Below are positions 59,921 through 64,000 of a stretch of DNA of 64,000 nt, one piece after another (position 1 is the first letter of the stretch; the number at the start of each line of letters is the position of its first letter). The position numbers were made by a program, and so were the translations under genes. The notes under the pieces were generated by a model that searched no databases, was not told where the DNA came from, and worked only from the letters and a program-made list of their open reading frames with translations. Location of the stretch: positions 833,430 through 897,429 of the forward strand of contig NW_003314313.1 of assembly GCF_000143415.4 (NCBI RefSeq), written 5' to 3'. This stretch comes from Selaginella moellendorffii. Lineage: Eukaryota > Plantae > Lycopodiophyta.

Positions 59921-60763
59921 TCAATCGACAACATACAAACGTCCTGGAATGACGAAGTTTTACTCCGGCTCAAGCTTAAAAACAAAAAGAAGTGGAAGCT
60001 CACCACACTGCCGGACGCAAATCTCTCGAACTCGCTTCAATGCTCCCGTCACAGCGTCGCTGTACACTCTCGTCTCGATGCTGCCCTCGAGGTAGACGTT
60101 GGTCCTGCAACAAAATCGAATTAGACTTGGATCTCTGAAAAAACAAAGATCAAAGATGGAAGGAAGAGTGACCCTTTGGTGAGCTTTCTGGCCATGTCTA
60201 AAAGCCCGAGCTTGAAGACGCAAACTCGGTGCCACTGCGTGAAGCTCCGCTCCGCATAAGTTTCCCAATGCTCTCCTTCCAGCTGCTTCCTGTTGTTGCG
60301 AAGTCCGCCAGTTCCCAGCGAGAAGATCACCACCGAGACATTGGTGGCAAAAACTCTCTCCACTGGTTTCTGTCCCACTGATCCAACCAAAATCGCCTAG
60401 GAAAACGAAAGGAGAAAAAGGAGAGAACCATTTGATCAATCCCGACTGATCAAGCAAAAAATGAGAATCACGGGCTACCTTGTAAATGCCGGGCCCATAG
60501 TACTTGTCCGGTGACGCGAAAACAGCCTTCTTCATGTATTTGGTCTCCTGTGGATGTGGTTCTTCCTCGTCCGTGTCCGCGGCGGGCAACCCGCAGTCCC
60601 GAATCTCCTCTCCATGATCCTCTTCCACCTCTTCCACTTTGGTGCAATACGCGAACCGATCCTTTCCAAAACCTGTACCTCTGCTGCTGGCGGCCAGGAA
60701 TCTACTGCAGCTAGATCGCAAACCTCCATTCCGGAGCGCGCGGCACAGGTGCAAGAGCGCCAT
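59921..60763 (-). CDS. Organellar (mitochondrial-type) single-stranded DNA-binding protein, multi-exon
   Basis: Transit-like N-terminus, GIYKA..VGSVGQKP, VVIFSLGTGGLRNNR, FTQWHRVCVF, VYLEGSIETRVYSDAVTG..VREICVR, last exon GRLYVVD*. Confidence 0.9.
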
Positions 60764-60988
60764 AGCTCGAAATGCCCTGCTTTTTTAGGGCTTTCGGGAG
60801 GTGGATATTCTCCGGATATTTGTTTTTGCCATTTGAAATTTCCCGCCCTTTAACATTAGGGCTACCAAATATTCTCTAATCAAATAATACCATATTTGGT
60901 TCCTCTTCAATAAGGAAATATCCATACCTGGTCATCTGTAAGCTTATAAAAACCCTATTCTTGTAAACACTAACACAGACCAGTCAAG

Positions 60989-62306
60989 ATGAAAGTTATT
61001 AGCTTTATTGTGTTCTTCCTCATTGCATGCTTTCCACTATCACAAGCTATTAGATCCAATCCCAGTGAAGATCTTGGTGCCGTCCAGGGACTGTTTATCT
61101 TTGGAGATTCAGCTTTAGATGCTGGGCAAAACACTTACATTCCAGGCTCTAGGATTATGAGTGCTGTTCCACCATATGGGAAATCATACTTTGACAAGCC
61201 AACAGGTCGCTGGACAGATGGCCGCACAATAGGGGATTTTCTTGCTCAGGCTCTTGGGCTTCCGTTGCTTCCACCATACCTCCGACCTGGAGCCAACTTT
61301 AGCAGTGGCGTCAACTTTGCATCTGCCGGAGCAGGCTTGTTGGATGCAACAAATGCTCATCAGGTAAAACCATAGTTTCTTATGATCTAGAAAAGATGCT
61401 GATACTTCTTTTGTATTAGGGAGTTGTTTCCATGAAGCAACAGCTGCATCAATTCCGTAATATCACAGATGGCTACAAAAGGGTCAAAGGAGTAGACTCT
61501 ACTCAATTCTTGAAGAGCTCAATAGCTATGTTCAGTATGGGAGCGAATGATATAGCTAATAATGCACCTGGAAACTCACTATTCTTTCAAGAGATGTTAG
61601 AAACCTATTCTAATGCCATCCAGGTAAACACTATGCTATGTTGTGATTAAATATTTATAATGTTTGGATTTGCAGGAAATTTATAATTCAGGTATTAAAT
61701 ATATTGTCCTTCTTTTAGTACCACCGTTGGGATGCACTCCAAACTTGAAATCCCTTTCAGCACAAAATGGAAATACAAACTTAACTCCAGAAGGTTGTGT
61801 CGGTGGTATCAACTCTATTGTCAATTATTATAATACCCAAGTTCAGAATCTTGCTATTAAAATTCACAATGACTACCGCGACTTGAACATTGTGACGTTG
61901 AACCCAACAACTATTGTCTTGACTATCTTGAGCAACCCTGATAAATATGGTAAGTTCAACTGATTTTTTTTTTCTTTTCTGATTTCTGATATGATCCAAT
62001 GATCTCATCTCAGGTTTTAAAGAAGCAGAGAACGCATGTTGTGGTGGTGGTCCATTTAACGCAGCAGAGTTTTGTGCTGATGTTGATAAACATGATTGGA
62101 AGCCAGATCACAAGAACAAGTACCAACAATTTATATGTAGCAATCCAAAGGACTACCTATACTTTGATAGCAATCACTTCACTGAAGCTGGCAATTGGAT
62201 GATGTTGAAAAACTTCTGGTATGGATCTTATGCTATAGCAAAGCCTAGTAGTCTTAGTTTCTTCCTCTCTAGATTTACAATCCCAAATCCACCACCAAAG
62301 CCTTAG
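60989..62306 (+). CDS. GDSL esterase/lipase (4 exons)
   Basis: Signal peptide, FIFGDSALDAG, TGRWTDGR, GVNFASAGAG, GANDI, PPLGCTP, YFDSNHFTE. Confidence 0.93.
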
Positions 62307-63345
62307 AAAGAGTTTAGTTTTTTATATTGCAAATAAATATAAATAGGTTTCTTCTTTGGTAAACTCTTTAAGTTTTACATGATTTTCAACAATGACTTAA
62401 CCTCAAATTTTCTCCTAATTCGCATCTCTGGTTTAAAGTTTTCTCGCAAATTCAGTGGTTCTCTTAGTGCTAGCATCAACATCCAGAGCAAACTTGGAGG
62501 ATTTATTCGAGCAGCTTCCCGGAACACCTTCAGGATTTTCATCCATGCGCTTCCTTGACTAAGAACTCCGCCAAGAGGAACGTTTGCAATCTCCTGGCAG
62601 CGACAAGCAAGCAATCTCCCCTTAAATCGCAAAGCATCTCCTCCAATCTCGACAACTCCACTGCTCATAGCTTCACGAGGATGAAAACGGGCCATCTCTC
62701 CCCCATCGAGAGATCCCCCGAGCTAGCAGAATAAAAAAGCCATTCGGGGGCGTGTAGTTCTCACTAGACATTAACTCTAGATATAGCAACATGCGGACAC
62801 GAACTTCTCCACATTCAGCCGCCTGTTCTCCATGACCAACATCACTGCTGAGATACGCTCCTTGCTCATCCCGGACAACTCTATCCTCGACAGCTAACGT
62901 GGGGACCAACCTCGAGGCACGGGCTTGACATAAGAGATCATGGAGATGACCAATGGCTCGCAAAAGAGCTTCTCCCCGCTGCGAGATGATGGCGTACAGG
63001 GCCAAGATGAGCGACATGAGGTGATTGCCCAGGCCGAAGGTGCATAGCGATTGAGCAGCGCTATAACAACAAACGCCACCTTAGTGTGTCATGAATTTCC
63101 CAAACCATCAACCACTAACCCTGCTTTTGGGGTGTTTAGCGTGTTGGGCTCAAAGATTTCCAATAGAAATTTGACTTTAGGGAAGGAGTGCTTGCATTAA
63201 GATCTCCCCAAGAAAAAGAGATTTGCAACAAGAGAGTGTAGGCCAAGGCAAACGACACAACTCCAGGTGGAAATAGAAAAACTAGGATGCACAGGTTTCA
63301 AAACTCTTTTATCGCAGGAACCCTGAAAAGTTGGTGTGTAGCACC

Positions 63346-63690
63346 TCAACACAGATCAAGCTGGTGCAGCGTCTGCCACGAAAGGCATGCACTCGCCCGC
63401 GCAAGCTGAGCCAATGCATCGATCAAACACACGTAGTGCTCCAGGCTCGCAGCACCTCCAGCAAAATCCCTCCCCCGCAACTGCGGCAAAGAGTGCCACC
63501 GCATGGACATAATGCACAGCTTGCCTGCAAGCGGCCAGGAGAGACACGAAGGTCTGCCTAGATCCCTTGCAGCTGCATCATGCCGAAGAGCTGCAAAGTC
63601 TGCCCCAGCGCTGCTGTAGTGAACAGGCTGAGGCATAGGCAGAGATGAGCGTGCTCCCAAGTGGCAAAGTGCCGCGAGATGACCTGGCAA
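63346..63690 (-). pseudogene. Degenerate PPR C-terminal fragment
   Basis: ASLEHYVCLIDALAQLA resembles the PPR EHYxCxxDxLGRAG motif. Surrounding frames are broken. Confidence 0.45.
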
Positions 63691-64000
63691 ATCTTAAAAC
63701 CAAGAAGCAACGGTCTTTAGTTTTTTCCATCCTGCATGAGCTGTGAACTGGATCAAAACAGTGTAAAGACGCAAAACCTGTTTCATGGTTTTGAGGCTGA
63801 CGAAGCTCCCCTTCGAATGTGCTTGCAAGAAGTGCCAGCTGGAGCGGCGGCTCGACGCGGGCCTTTTTTTGGGAATTTTTTAGCATATGGACCTGCTGGT
63901 TATGCTATCTTCATCGCTAACTTTGAGTTCCGGTTGAAGGGAGGGACAGATGTCTCCAGGATGGTGGCGAAGCTGGAGCAAGTGTTGGCGACGAAGCTCC

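Noticed and set aside
62375-63100. Possible AAA-ATPase fragment (KVFREAARINPPSLLW)
   Set aside because: Only a weak resemblance with no Walker motifs, so not supportable without a search.

Overview
Eukaryotic plant nuclear DNA with very short (about 45-65 nt) introns and dense genes. The style fits a lycophyte such as Selaginella, but this is inference only. The two flanks hold ordinary intact genes. From 1-11 kb: an ATX-like trithorax SET gene, a RanBP9/10-like SPRY-CTLH gene, an RMD1/DUF155 gene and a GA20ox-like 2OGD. From 50-62 kb: an ATL RING-H2, PORR, BSD, a second GA20ox-like 2OGD, a PLS-PPR, an organellar SSB and a GDSL lipase. The centre (about 12-49.5 kb) is an accessory region. It has (i) a nested inverted-duplication mosaic of gene fragments, including three broken copies of a gene that reconstructs as a Crinkler/RHS-like STAND NTPase + restriction-endonuclease-like domain + PHD finger. 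It has (ii) an AT-rich, decayed transposon island: a Copia remnant, a MULE-like transposase, and a pogo/Fot1-like transposase lying tail-to-tail with an intron-containing N4C/N6A DNA methyltransferase remnant and interrupted by a 148-bp 5S-rRNA-bearing (Cassandra-like) solo LTR. It has (iii) PORR, DRB/HYL1-like, XRN and kinase pseudo-fragments. All translations and alignments were done by eye, so the boundaries of decayed features are approximate.
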